64,000 bases of DNA from Eledone cirrhosa (lineage: Eukaryota). The notes under the pieces were generated by a model that was given only the letters and a program-made list of their open reading frames with translations, was not told the origin of the DNA and ran no database searches. Shown here piece by piece: positions 43,491 through 60,912 of this stretch; within the stretch, counting starts at the first letter, position 1, and each line of letters opens with the position of its first letter. The position numbers and the translations under genes were made by a program. Location of the stretch: assembly GCA_964016885.1 (NCBI GenBank), contig OZ024741.1, forward strand, positions 87,792,001 to 87,856,000, read 5' to 3'.

Positions 43491-43694
43491 GTCTGTATGT
43501 GTGTGTGTATGTATATATATATACATATATACATATACACACACACATACACACACGCGCACACACACACACAACACACACACACATATATATATATAAG
43601 TGAAAATAGATATTATATATATATATATATATATATGTGTGTGAGAGACGTAAAATAAGAAAATTATAAAATTAACTTACTTACTAAAAAAATC

Positions 43695-43754
43695 ACTTCC
43701 AACTAATTAGTTTCCGAAGAAACATATAGAAAATCATTCCGTCATCAGGAAAGT
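43695..43754 (-). ncRNA. Type I hammerhead ribozyme, family J
   Basis: actttc-CUGAUGA-cgga...ttcg-GAAA-CUAAUUAG-UU-ggaagt; palindromic stem III, GUU. Confidence 0.75.
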
Positions 43755-44308
43755 CTTTTTCCGTGTAAGTCTCCAGGCATAGCGAGGACTCTGGAAACTT
43801 ATTAAAAAATAATTCAGTGGAAAGGAAATAGCGAAGCGTGGACTGGATTCCTAGCCATTGAGAAAATCACTGCCTCTACGTCCGTGGCAAATTCAAAAAG
43901 AATCAATCACGTGACATCGAGGTCAATCAGTGGAAAGCGAGTGGTTAATAAGACAGCGGCCAGCCTACCACCATAGTAGCAGTCATGGCCAAATATTGCT
44001 CGACAAATGAATTGGAAATAATTATAAGGAATTTATATCTAGTAACATTTATATACACACAGATGCATATCAATGCTAGCAAATATATAGGTTTCTTCGG
44101 AAAATATATTTACTCCATTCCAGAAACTAATTAGTTGGAAGTGATTTTTTAGTAAGTAAGTTAATTTTATAATTTTCTTATTTTACGTCTCTCATATTAT
44201 TGTTCTGCAACCCCATGCATTGAACCACAATGTTAATAAGACAAAACGTATATATTTGCTAGCATTGATATGCATCTGTGTGTATATAAATGTTACTAGA
44301 TATAAATT

Positions 44309-44359
<51 letters not shown>

Positions 44360-44737
44360 AATTTTAGTACACAATCAACGAATCTTTTGGCACCAGCCAA
44401 GCTAACGAATGCAGATTCGGTGTGCAGCTAAGCACTCAATGGTGGATATTACCCAGAGTTATAACATTACGTTTAGACAGCTTTGCAAATCAAATACAGC
44501 GACCGATAGTCGGGCCACATTGCCATAGCGACGAAAAAAACTGAACTCAGGAAAAATGTTTGCAGAAAGTAACTGCAATTACAGTCAGCTGCTATAAGAC
44601 AGCTTATATAAATCACTCTATTTGCAGTTATTTTCTCCGTCCGAGCTTCCTACATCAGTATTGAGCACATGACAGATGTGGAACTAACACTCTACCAATA
44701 TAGCCAATATTAATTGGTAGAAATATTATATATAGTA

Positions 44738-44930
44738 ATAATTGTTTCTACGTTAGGCACAAGGCCAGCAATTACCCAGTGCATTACTGGTACTTTATTT
44801 TATCGACCCCGTAAGGATGAAAGGCAAAGTTAACCTCGGCAGGATTTGAACTCAGAATGGCAAGGGTCGTAACTCTATACGTCAAAGCATGGCGTCCGAC
44901 CCTCTACCAATACTGCCAATCCACTGCCCG
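44738..44930 (-). mobile_element. Meta-core-like tRNA SINE
   Basis: Full-length reverse copy. Confidence 0.88.
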
Positions 44931-45101
44931 TTATATATATATTATTATATATATATATTATATATAGCAATAATATATAGCATTCCAGTTGTTGTCTTCC
45001 TGTTTCTTCTACAACTACACACGTACATCGTCTTAGAAACTTATTTCCTCGACTGCTATATGTATGTTAACGAGTAGATAAACCCGTCATATATGTATAT
45101 A

Positions 45102-45143
<42 letters not shown>

Positions 45144-45571
45144 GGAAAAATTTGAACAGGGACAAAACAGAGAGGCAGTACAACAAATGTTTATTAATTT
45201 CACGCTCTGGAGAGTGGGGTGTTGGATATATAATGTAGGAGGTGAGTTTTATTGTGGCACAATAAAGCAATGCAAATATCGGATAAGTAACACTCAACAG
45301 TTTATAGGACTGGAGTATAAATAATATAAAATCAAAAGATGGCTAAAAGAGTTCCATGTATTTTATTATGCGCATTTCAAAAACAAATATCATCATGGGA
45401 TGATATTTGCGTTCTCATCAAATATCATCCCATGATCATATTTTTTTTTGAAATGCGCATAATATCATGGGATGATATTTGCGTTCTCATCAAATATCAT
45501 CCCATGATGATATTTGTTTTTGAAATGCGCATAATAAAATACATGGAACTCTTTTAACCATCTTTTGATTT

Positions 45572-45639
<68 letters not shown>

Positions 45640-45702
45640 TTAATACATTAACAGAGAAAGCTTTAAGCAATACTCCGACCGACATCTATATATATATGTG
45701 TG

Positions 45703-46215
45703 TTTCAGAGGAGACTGAGGTTAGCTGGACATGCTCACCGACATCCAGAGTTGACATTGCACTCAGTGCTCCTGTAGGAGCCCTTACATGGGCACACTGG
45801 AAGAGGAAGACCATGGTTAACGTATGTTGATGCCCTAAGGACAGACACTAGTCTCTCGGAGACGCAGGACATGGCAGCGATAATGATGGACAGAGACCGC
45901 TGGAGAGAACTCGTCCATGGAACTCGGGAATTTTACCCGCCCTAGAAAAAAATATGTGTGTGTGTGTATGTGTGTGTATATATATGTGTGTATATATATA
46001 TATGTGTGTGTGAGTGTGACATTGCACTCGGTGCTCCTGTAGGAGCCCTTACATGGGCACACTGGAAGAGGAAGACCATGGTTAACGTATGTTGATGCCC
46101 TAAGGACAGACACTAGTCTCTCGGAGACGCAGGACATGGCAGCGATAATGATGGACAGAGACCGCTGGAGAGAACTCGTCCATGGAACTCGGGAATTTTA
46201 CCCGCCCTAGAAAAA
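45703..46215 (+). mobile_element. RTE-X-like LINE 3' end, tandemly duplicated (~266-bp period)
   Basis: RRLRLAGHAHRHPE..GRGRPWLTYVDAL..MMDRDRWRELV; 45755-45950 repeats at 46018-46215. Confidence 0.75.
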
Positions 46216-47089
46216 AATTTGTGTGTGTGTGTATGTGTGTGTATATATATGTGTGTATATATATATATGTGTGTGTGTGAGTGTGTTTGTGTGTTTGTGT
46301 GTTTGTGTGTCTGTGTTTGTGTGAATGTATGTATGCACACACATATATGCATGAATATATATGTTTGTACATGTGTATGCATGCGTGTATGCCTTTATGT
46401 TTATACACACACACCCACACCCACACCCACACTCGTACGCAGCCACACGCACACACATACACACATATTTATATTTATATATATATATATATATATATAC
46501 AAACACATTTATATGGATTTTTATAAATAATAAAGCAGGTGGTGAAGAAATATATTTGAAAAAAAAAAATAATAATAATAATTCGAAGATGCTTACTGAT
46601 TTATTTGGGAATATCTGGAATTAAGATTCTCCAACAACAGACAGGCAGCTGAATATTTAATTATTTAGATTTCAAAAACGTTGTGAATGACCAAATCACC
46701 AAATCACCAATGCTGCATTATAAATAAATAATTGCGTGTATAGGAATTATTTTACCCGTAAATATTTGATATTGTCTTGGAATTAAATTCAACAAGGGAA
46801 TATGCAACATTTTCTGTTGAGGATTGAAGCGGGTCTTCCAGTGATTATTTTAATGTACAATTGATCTCAGTGGGACTACAAAAACATCTACTGTAGAATA
46901 ATGGAAATACAGATAGCTTTGAAACGTGAAAAAACAAACAAAAAATAAAAAAATATAAAAAAAAAGACATTGTCAGCAAATTCAATAAAGAAACTGAATT
47001 GACAAATAATAACGAGAAAATTGAAAACAAAGAAGAAACAACAACACAAAAACTGCAAATCAGATAAAATCCAAATTAAAAACAGATAT

Positions 47090-47470
47090 CCAGAATGCTA
47101 TGCTAAATCGGTGGCAAGAAAATGTCTAATATGGTCAATACTCGAAAAAACTGAATAGAGAGGAACACTGAATAGAGAGGAAGTGGAAAGCAAAATTCAC
47201 AAAACTAGTTAATAAGATCTGGACTAAAAGTCGAGACGGAAGGATTTTTAATTGCAGTACAAAATGAAAGCTCACCTACCAGAAACCATTAAAAATACTT
47301 AATGATGCAGAATATGTGGTGGTGCAGAAGAATCAATTAAACAATTAACCAGATTATCTCTTACTGTCCAGTCTTAGCCCCCCCCCCCCCCCCCCGAATA
47401 TATCCACAGACACGATAAAGTTGGGATTTACATACACTGTAAGTTATGCCAACACTACGAAATACCAACA
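47090..47470 (+). mobile_element. R4/Dong-like LINE fragment
   Basis: SGLKVETEGFLIAVQNES motif from the post-RT region. Confidence 0.55.
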
Positions 47471-47582
47471 CCAAAAAGGTTGAACAAACATACACTACAA
47501 AATGTATTAGAGAACAACAAAACAAATAGAATTGTGCTGGCAATGCAGAAACGCAATAAAAATAAAACCAATAATAGTAATA

Positions 47583-49125
<1,543 letters not shown>

Positions 49126-49607
49126 ATAATAATAACAACAACAGAATGCAGTTGTCTGTGATTTTATCAACTCGGCTCACTGCGAATTATTATTAATTTA
49201 TACGTTTTCCAATAATACTCTCTACATTCTATTATTCTTAGGATTTCAAACATTTACCTATTTCCATTCTTCCTTATAATATACTTTAGCTTCCATTGTA
49301 CTTCAGCACATATATTATCGTATGAAAATTGCTATATTTATTCTAGACGTGAATCGAATTATAATAGAACACTGAGGCTATATCATCGTTATAAAACTAC
49401 ATTTACGATTATACAAAATACAAAACTATATATAATTCATTAGAAAGCAGAACGAATACCTAAAGCATCAATCAACGCTCTGATATGGATTCTTAGAAAT
49501 AGTTTGAAGGAATCAGATATCGTCTCTTAAACGTAGAGATATCTAAAAGATAATTTACCGATAAGTCAGATATCTATCTCTATCTCTAAATGAATAAATA
49601 AATATAC

Positions 49608-49724
<117 letters not shown>

Positions 49725-49933
49725 TGTGTATGTGTGTGTGTGTGCGTGCGCGCGCGCGCACACATATATATATATATAATAATAATTGTTTCTACTTTTG
49801 GCACAAGGCCAGCAATTAACCAGTGAATTACTGGTACTTTATTTTATCGACCCCGTAAGGATGAAAGGCAAAGTTATAATAATAATAATAATGTATGAAT
49901 GTGTGTGTATACATAGTCACACATCTATATACG

Positions 49934-50040
<107 letters not shown>

Positions 50041-52252
50041 ATATACACGAGATAATTATCTCTGTTATGAAAGAAAATGAGAAACCTAATTGTTCCCTGC
50101 AAACAATTGATATCGTAATGCAATGTTTTTATACGATTCTCATTGTTAAAGACGTTGTTTAGCTTCATTTTGCAAAGTTTCTTATTACATTGTGAAAAGG
50201 ATATTACCATCATATATTTGAAATAGCTTTTTTGTTAGCAAATTGAAAGAACTTAACTAAGAAGCTACAGTTGTTTATGTATTGAATATCTATGACAAGA
50301 TCGTAAATTTCATTTACTGGATCGAGCAGGAAAATAAAGTAAAAGAAGAGTTATAAGAAGTGACTGGATAAGATGTAGAAGTTTCTGTTGAAAGGCCATG
50401 CGTTCGTATCAAAGACTGGTTTTGTGCTGTCTTCTTTAGCAATCAATAAACTTTCTGAGCTGCAGGTGAGCTGGCAGTAGTAGGCTCATGCAAAACTGGT
50501 TATAGGTCCAGGCCAGATGTAAAATGTAAGTCTCGTCTCAATGTACTCTTATTTCAAACTGCGCAAATATTTTAGTAATTCGTGCTAAATGCATATTATT
50601 TATGGGTTAATAATATATTCCTGTATATTTAGTGTAGGCGATATACTTATAAACAACAGAACAGAATAAAACAAATAAAAATTGAGGTGAGTAGGCTCTT
50701 TCATATCGATAGGTCAATAATAAGTGTTCCTTCAACTGGCAACCCACTTTGCTCTAGCCTTGGTAGTAAGTAGGGCAAATAATTTAATCTAACCTGCGTA
50801 GTAAGTAGAGCAGATAATTTGATCTACCCTGTGTAGTAAGATAGGTACCTCATTCTAGCCTGAGTAATACACGTGAGTAAAAATTTGGTAGTGGAGTGCA
50901 AACAAACTGTCGAAATCAAGCATGTTATGTTGTTGGGCATTTTTATTTTTAAAATAGCAAGGTGTCGCTTTAGTTGAGGATTTCGCTACTACTTCTAGTA
51001 TAAAAATAATTGAAAGAATGAACTTTTATAAAGCAAGATTCCAGCTTCGAAATGGTTCAAATGTTGTTGCAGTGCTATAGAACTGAAATGCTATCTATCT
51101 TAATAAAAGAAATAAATTCACTTACGTACTTATTGCACATATAACAAACATGAAAAGGTCATTGGACCTTCAGATATTCTACTTATATTCTAAAACTGAA
51201 GAATGGGACAAAACATACTTCACTTATTCCAGGCAAGAAAATATTTTGAGCGGTTTACTCTGAGAAAATGTTCCTTCTTTCTTTGCAGACCAAGTTTGGA
51301 TTTATGAAAATTTTTGTGAAAGCGATCGATAAAACACAAGCTCGATTGAAAAATAAGTTTCTCCGGATCAGTGATACAAAAATTTTGCTGACTACACAAA
51401 GACTCTGAAGAGAGACATGCCTGAAGTAAAGTACAGCAGAAAATCAATTCAAGCTATTTTGTAAACCGCAAGTACGTCTTTTCGATCGTATTTTGGTAAA
51501 TGTGTAACTATAGGGTCTTTCAAAATTAAATTGTATGTCGCACAAAACATGATTTGACAGAGAAACTTATTTGGATTCAGCGCACAAAAAATATTATGGG
51601 AATCAATTGTTTTTATTCTTGTGACAGAAAAAAAAAAATGTTTCCCAGTGTAATCAATGCGAGAAGGTTAACCTATAATTGATTAATGTCATATTCAATG
51701 TGAAAATTGTTTCTTATACACATACTTAACTCTGCGTGAAATGAAACCAATATTGATCTCATGTCTCTCTATATTCTGAAAAATAGAACTCGCAATCAAT
51801 CAATGAGGATAGTAATGATGTTGGTTCACTATTGAAGAATTCATCTCCGTACAGTGGTTCACTGAAATACTTTCTAGTTAGCTTTTCAATAGATTTCTTT
51901 CAGACAACATTAAATGCAATATTTCTTGTCTTATTTTATTTTAATTTGTTTTCTTTCTTTTAATGTCATTTCGCTAATGAGAATTTAAGAAAGATTTAGA
52001 CATTGATTTCTTGCTGACTTAAGCAAATAAATTAATTAATTAATTAATAAAATAAAAATAAAAATGAATAACTAAAAGTAATAAAAAATAAAAAATCTGC
52101 CTCTAAAACTTTCTACATTAAAAACTCGAGAGAACACCTATAACAACCAAACAACAAAAATGTGGATTGACATTTCTTTTATTTGCCGTTTTTGTATTTC
52201 TTCAGAATTTAAACTTTAATTAATTGAAATTAGTTAATACAGCTTCGAATGA

Positions 52253-53083
<831 letters not shown>

Positions 53084-54005
53084 TACACAATAATCAAAGC
53101 TATGTTCAAATCATTTTATTGGTGACAATCGTTTCTTCCAAACTTTCGTTTGGAATCATCGGAGCACTAGCAATGTTTGTACATATAATTAACCTCCTAT
53201 TCAACTTAACAATCATATAGATACATGGTTATTAATGTTGTCAATGACAGTTTCGTATTTACAGAGTGGAGTGGATGCGACATAGATTACAAGAGAATTG
53301 TACAATAATTAAAATTTAAAATTTAAAATTAAAGATTAAAAAGGCACAGAGTGGAATGCATGCGACAGAGATTACAAGGGAATAGTATAATAATTAAAGA
53401 GGCATTAAGGTAGAAAATTACTCGTAAAAGGAGGACACTAGTGGTACATATGCAAGCGTATAGAGTGCAAATGCGTTAGGCATATACCGGAAGGAAACAA
53501 GCAATGGTACTAGGCATATATAATTACTGCATGGCAAAGGTATCACATAAAATAACATAGGTTTTCAAGCATATCAAGCGGGCAAAGATGTTTGTGTATT
53601 AAAATTATGAGTTTATGGTGGATGTAGTGTGATGATTGTTTCTGTAATGTTCAAATATGTATGTGTTGAGAGTATCAGTGTTATTGCTATCTTTTCCATT
53701 ACATTGGTTATATTTTATTTTAGTGAATGTTTTTAATTAGTTACAGCTATGGATTGTATATTGGTCCTATTATATTGTTATCCAGGGTTCGAGTTGATTC
53801 TTCTAACGGTTTAATTTCTGGAAGTGAGTTTGAGATCTATATTAAGGGGAGCTAATGCGAAAGGGGAGGTAACTAGCGATTAAATTGTATATGATAGAAG
53901 AAAGCAGAAAAAATGGAAAAAATGTATAGTTGTTTACAGCTCCAATTAGTTAAATTCTTTGTGCTAAAATACATTATATTATGTTACAAGTGAATCCCTT
54001 TTATA

Positions 54006-54145
54006 TAATTGTTTCTACTATTGGCACAAGGCCAGCAATTACCCAGTACATTACTGGTACTTTATTTTATCGACCTCGTAAGGATGAAAGGCAAAGTTAA
54101 CCTCGGCGCGATTTGAACTCAGAATGGCAAGGGCCGTAACTCTAT
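54006..54145 (-). mobile_element. 5'-truncated Meta-core-like SINE inside the PLE 3' region
   Basis: TSD-like tatataat on both sides; empty paralogous site at ~54337-54365. Confidence 0.85.
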
Positions 54146-56132
54146 ATAATGCTATTTGTTTATATTTAATTTTAAATACAATCTATTTTCCTATAATACA
54201 GTAAAGGTCTCATTTTATTGTTATCTATCCATACTGAATAAAGTATAAGTAAGCTATAGAAAAAATGTATAGTTGTTTACAGGTCCAATTAGTTAAATCT
54301 CCTGTGTTATTAATATACATTATATTATGTTATAAGTGAATCCCTTATATATATAATGCTATTAATTTATATACTTAATTATAAATATAATTTATTTTCC
54401 TATAACATATTAAGTGTCTCATCATATTATTATCTATCCATTACTGAATATAATATAAGCAAGCTATAGTGGTTATATTAAATGGTGTTAACATTATGTT
54501 TATTCCTAATAGTTATTGTAGTGTATAAAGTTTGAGATAAATAGGAGTTAGGTAGAGGGATGAGCTGATCATAGAGTGTGATGATGTGGGGGTAATTATA
54601 TGCTAATAAGACCTAGATGTGAAGTGTTAATGGTGGTGAGGAATTCAGATCTGACATTGTTATATACTAGCAGCTAGGTTTAAAGCTATGGAAAGAGTGT
54701 CGGTGATAGTGCTGGCACATGAAAAAAATCTCTGATTTTCTATTTAGGAGGTCTAGTTTAGAATAGATTATAGTGCGGGTCTCTAGAAGACAGAGGTTAC
54801 ATAATTTATTCGGTGATTTATACGATGCGACCCTATCTATTACTTCCCATTGAAGTGTATATGGTATATTCCTAGTTTTCAGAGAGTGTATGTAGCTAGA
54901 TAAAGAAGTGGAGTTGGCTAGATTGCGATTTTTGAAAGTGTGGAGATGCGAGTTATATCTCGTCTTGAAGCGGTTCGAAGTTGAACCGATATATGCTTTA
55001 GAAGAGTTGTTTGTGTTGACCGTGCAGGAGTAAATGATGTTTTTGATTAAGCAATTTTTACCTAAGGGGCAAGTTCTATTTGTTCTACAGTTACAGTTAT
55101 TCTGGTTGTTTGCTTGCCGGTTACTCTGTTGTGTAGATGCCTGGTTGTTAGGGATAGCATTAGGGTAATGATGGTTGTCGTTCTCATTGTTATTAATTTC
55201 ATTAGTGCTATTATCATTATTATTATTGCTACTAGAATTCTCTGGTACTATGTATGTTGTTCTGTAAGTTTACCCCCTGTTGTGATTTAATTAGTTGGAA
55301 ATAATTATTAATCTTCCTTTTATTACTACTAGCTATATGGTATGCGATGTTAGGTGTGGTAGAGTAAGAGATTTTAATGGTATTTTTATTAAGATTATGG
55401 TATTTGTGGCCGGCTGGGAAGTTTTTTTTCCAGGATTGAGAAGAAAGCCTTCGGCAAGTTGATAGAGACATTTAGATTGAAAGGGGATTGAAGAATATAT
55501 TAGTTCTTCTATTTTTGTTTTTTGTAATGTTATTTGAGGTATTGTTTATATTTCTGTTTATATTATTATTGTGGTGTTTATTCTGGTGCGAGTTAAGTTT
55601 GATATTACCCTTCGTATTAGAGTTAGAGTGGCTAGTACTTTTATTATTTTTCCTCATGGCCATATTGTGAGAAATAATGTTGTAACTAGGTGATTTTATA
55701 GGTAGAAATTTAATCTCATTTTTATGGCCTGATTTAGCTAAGGCCTCATTATCGTATTGGGAATTATTGTTAAATATGGTTTCGTTATATGATAGATTAG
55801 AGATTCTATTTGATATTCCTTTAGTAACTGAGTTTAATATGGATTTAGGGTGGTTAGAGTTGATATCTACATAAAGTAGTTTTTCGTTTGGTTTAGGAAA
55901 GGGTGTATATATTTTAGAGTCCCTTGTAATCTGTGTCGCATGCATTCCACTCTGTGCCTTTTTAATTTTTAATTTTTAATTTTTAATTTTAATTATTGTG
56001 CAATTCTCTTGTAATCTATGTCGCATCCACTCCACTCTGTAAATACGAAACTGTTGTTGACAACATTAATAACCATGTATCTGTATGATTGTTCAGTTGA
56101 ATAGGAGGTTAATTATATGTACAAACATTGCT

Positions 56133-56183
56133 AGTGCTCCGATGATTCCAAACGAAAGTTTGGAAGAAACGATTGTCAGAAAT
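56133..56183 (+). ncRNA. pLTR hammerhead-like motif, family K (CCGAUGA core); ORF-sense copy at 53118-53168(-)
   Basis: agtgct-CCGAUGA-ttccaaac GAAA gtttggaa-GAAA-CGAUUG-UC-agaaat; perfect 8-bp stem II with GNRA loop. Confidence 0.68.
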
Positions 56184-57746
56184 AAAATGATTTGAACATA
56201 GCTTTGATTATTGTGTAATTTATATTCCTGCTCTGTAAAACATCTAATGTATTTGCATTGAGCTATTTTTCTTACTGATAATAAGGTAGTATTAATTACT
56301 GACTTTTCCTGTTTATAGTTGTATATAATGTATACATAACGATAAATAATATTATTATTATATGTGTGGGGGGGTGCGTGCGTGTGTGTGCGTGCGTGCG
56401 TGTGTGTGTGTGCGTGCGTGCGTGTGTTAGCGTGTGTTTAATGTAGTCTTTGATTAATGTTTGATTGGAATGATAAATTGAATAGATTATTGATATATAC
56501 TGAGATGGTCACTTTGTGAAGTCGTTAGGGAAATGGATTAGAAATGCCATGGTATTTGTTCCAGCTCATTGAGCTCAGAGTTCAAATCTCATCGAGATCA
56601 ACTTTGCCTTTCGAGGTCGATAAATAAATTAGCAGTCCAGTATTGGTATTGGTTCTTCAACTTTCTTCCCTTCGTTTTTTCTTTTTTGTTTCTAAAACAT
56701 CGGTAGTGTTCCAAGCGGAAGGAGGGTGGGTTCCGCCAGTTTTAAAATTCCCAATACACACCATGTGTTAGCACTGTGTTCCTACAACTTCATAAAAAAT
56801 GAAGGGCTCTTTACTTTTTTTTACCCTGCCACTCAATCGGTGAATTGTCAGAAACGTTAAAACGCTGAACGAAATCTTGCGGTAATTATTCCGACTCCTT
56901 GCGTTCAGGGTTCAAAATCCACCGAGGTCAACTTTGTTTTGTCGTCTTTTTCGGTGTCGGTAAATAAAGTATTATTCTAATGTGATGGACTGACAGAATG
57001 ATCCGTTTCTTTGTGTTCTATTCCTCAAATTCGTTCGTGGACCACTTGCGTGGTACACATAATCCACCATCTGGTTTAATTCAGTCACAACCCCATCTGA
57101 TACATCTACTTTTAACATGGACTTCCTTCTATTGTAAAAAAATTCGGACCATGTCTCCAGTTTGAAGATATCTTCCTCTTCCCAACAGTTCCGGAGTTAT
57201 GGGCGTTGTCCTTCTTTTCTTGACTTAGTGGCAAAACAAAACGTTTTTTTTTTTCAAGAGTTTCTGAAAATACTTACCCGACAGCGATATGTGTCTTTCT
57301 ACTGGGATTAATTCACGAAGAGCAACAACAATAAAGCAACAACAATAAAGCAACAACAACAACAAAAAATAAAAAGATAACTGAAACAAAACAAAAAAAC
57401 AAATAATCAAACAAACAAAAACACACACAAAAAAAGAAATAGAAAGGAAATTAACAGAAATACATTCTTACACAAATTTACGCGTTCACAAACATTTACA
57501 CATACGATGCATATACTTTACACACACACACACACACACACACACGTTCACACTTCATGTGCGCACGCGGTGAAAGAATGAAACATTAATTTGAAATAAA
57601 TCTAATGCTGGCAATATTGAATAAACTCTTCCATGCATGTTTAAAACAATAAGCTCCTCCTGGTGAAGTGTAAAATCATTGCACCAATCAGTTTGATCCT
57701 CGCGGTGATAATTGAACAATGAAAAGATATACACGATTTATATATA

Positions 57747-57824
57747 CAGGGTGTCCCCAAAAATGAATACACAGTTCAACAGCATTCTAATAAAAGTGTG
57801 TATAGATTTCTGGGGGACACCCTG
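57747..57824. mobile_element. Tiny Tc1/mariner-type MITE
   Basis: TIRs cagggtgtcccc / ggggacaccctg flanked by TA. Confidence 0.7.
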
Positions 57825-59347
<1,523 letters not shown>

Positions 59348-60119
59348 CGTGAGTGTAACTTGGAATTACTGCGGGTGAGTACTCGATGTTTAGGTTCACT
59401 TCTGTGTTGAGGTGTAGAGTTATACAGAGTGTAATATATTGAAAGGATAACAAGGACGATTGGTTACTCCTTCATTACATTTATTGGTAGGTGACGCGCG
59501 TTTCGCCACTGATGAGCTCAAGGTTCGATCTGTATCGATCTTACCCGCCTCTATAATGGGCAGCTCGACGGACCCTTTAAAATGCTATTAGAAAATGAAC
59601 ACATGCTATATGATAAAGTCAGAAGTTCATATGTTGGTCAATATGAATTGTTTTGATTGGTGGAATAGATCATAGGGATGTATTCGCCTGTAGTGTATGT
59701 CGGGGTGGGTGTGATGATAAGATGGTGGTGACGGTCGCTGACTGGGATGGGCTGTGGTGTGGAGGATGTGGATTGTCGGTAGACAGATTGGCGTATATTT
59801 GTGGCTGATTGTTGTGGTGTGGGTGTGATGTTGTTTATGGTAGTGGCGTTTGTGGTGGATGTGTTGGTGGTGTCAAATCCATGGGAAGATACATACCTAG
59901 ACACTCTTAGTCTGACAAAAACGTTGTATACATACACATGCGTATATATACTGACATATATACACATACACACTTATATACACACACATACACACGCACA
60001 CATACACCCACACATACATATATTTATATGCATATATACGCACATATATGCATGCGCGCGTGTGGATATATATATATATATCCACAAGCGCGCATGCATA
60101 TATGTGCGTATATATGTGC

Positions 60120-60159
<40 letters not shown>

Positions 60160-60324
60160 ATACTTTGGGAGGGTCATGTTGCCAATAAGAAACACACGCA
60201 CCAGTTGCTTTCACTTCAATTTATTATATATTTATAAATTTATAAATCTTATTGGCAACATGACCCTCCCAAAGTTCAACACACGATTTCAGATAAAGAA
60301 TCTTGCTAAACAAATTCAGAAACG

Positions 60325-60433
<109 letters not shown>

Positions 60434-60470
60434 ATTAAATAAATGGAAACTATATTTATAAAACCATATA

Positions 60471-60536
60471 TATTTCATTATATATATTTCAGGGATATCA
60501 TATTAACAATATGTTATGCCTTCTTCAGACAAAATA
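60471..60536 (-). ncRNA. Type I hammerhead ribozyme, family L (left arm)
   Basis: Reverse complement of 60684-60749. Confidence 0.78.
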
Positions 60537-60683
60537 CAATATAAACAGTCTTATAAATAAATAGATACGACATACCTTTCAATCGACTTGCATTTGGGAA
60601 GTTGATTTGGCAAATCAACTTCCCAAATGCAAGTCGATTGAAAGGTATGTCGTATCTATTTATTTATAAGACTGTTTATATTG

Positions 60684-60749
60684 TATTTTGTCTGAAGAAG
60701 GCATAACATATTGTTAATATGATATCCCTGAAATATATATAATGAAATA
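60684..60749 (+). ncRNA. Type I hammerhead ribozyme, family L (right arm)
   Basis: tattttgt-CUGAAGA-agg..catatt gtt aatatg..cct-GAAA-UAUAUA-UA-atgaaata. Confidence 0.8.
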
Positions 60750-60879
60750 AATATGGTTTTATAATTATAGTTTCCATTTATTTAATATCATAAATATACT
60801 CCAAATACTTGTTGAGTGCTTTTATATCGGTTATAAATATTTACTCGTTGTTAACCCAACAATTTAAATATAACTTTCC

Positions 60880-60904
<25 letters not shown>

Positions 60905-60912
<8 letters not shown>

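Larger units (their letters stand above)
53078..56300 (-). mobile_element. 5'-truncated Penelope-like element with inverted pLTR
   Basis: RT C-terminus (KPNEKLLYVDINSNHP), linker (KISYSTTPN), GIY-YIG at ~54700-55100 (NCNCRTNRTCPLG, IIYSC, AYIGST); inverted repeats at 53078-53380 and 55920-56225. Confidence 0.87.

Noticed and set aside
51560-51652. Possible DNA transposon terminus ending in cccagtgtaa
   Set aside because: No matching opposite end or TSD found
59485-59570. Hammerhead at GAAACGCGCGTC (minus) and CTGATGAG (plus)
   Set aside because: The two half-cores are on opposite strands; at most a 3' half remnant
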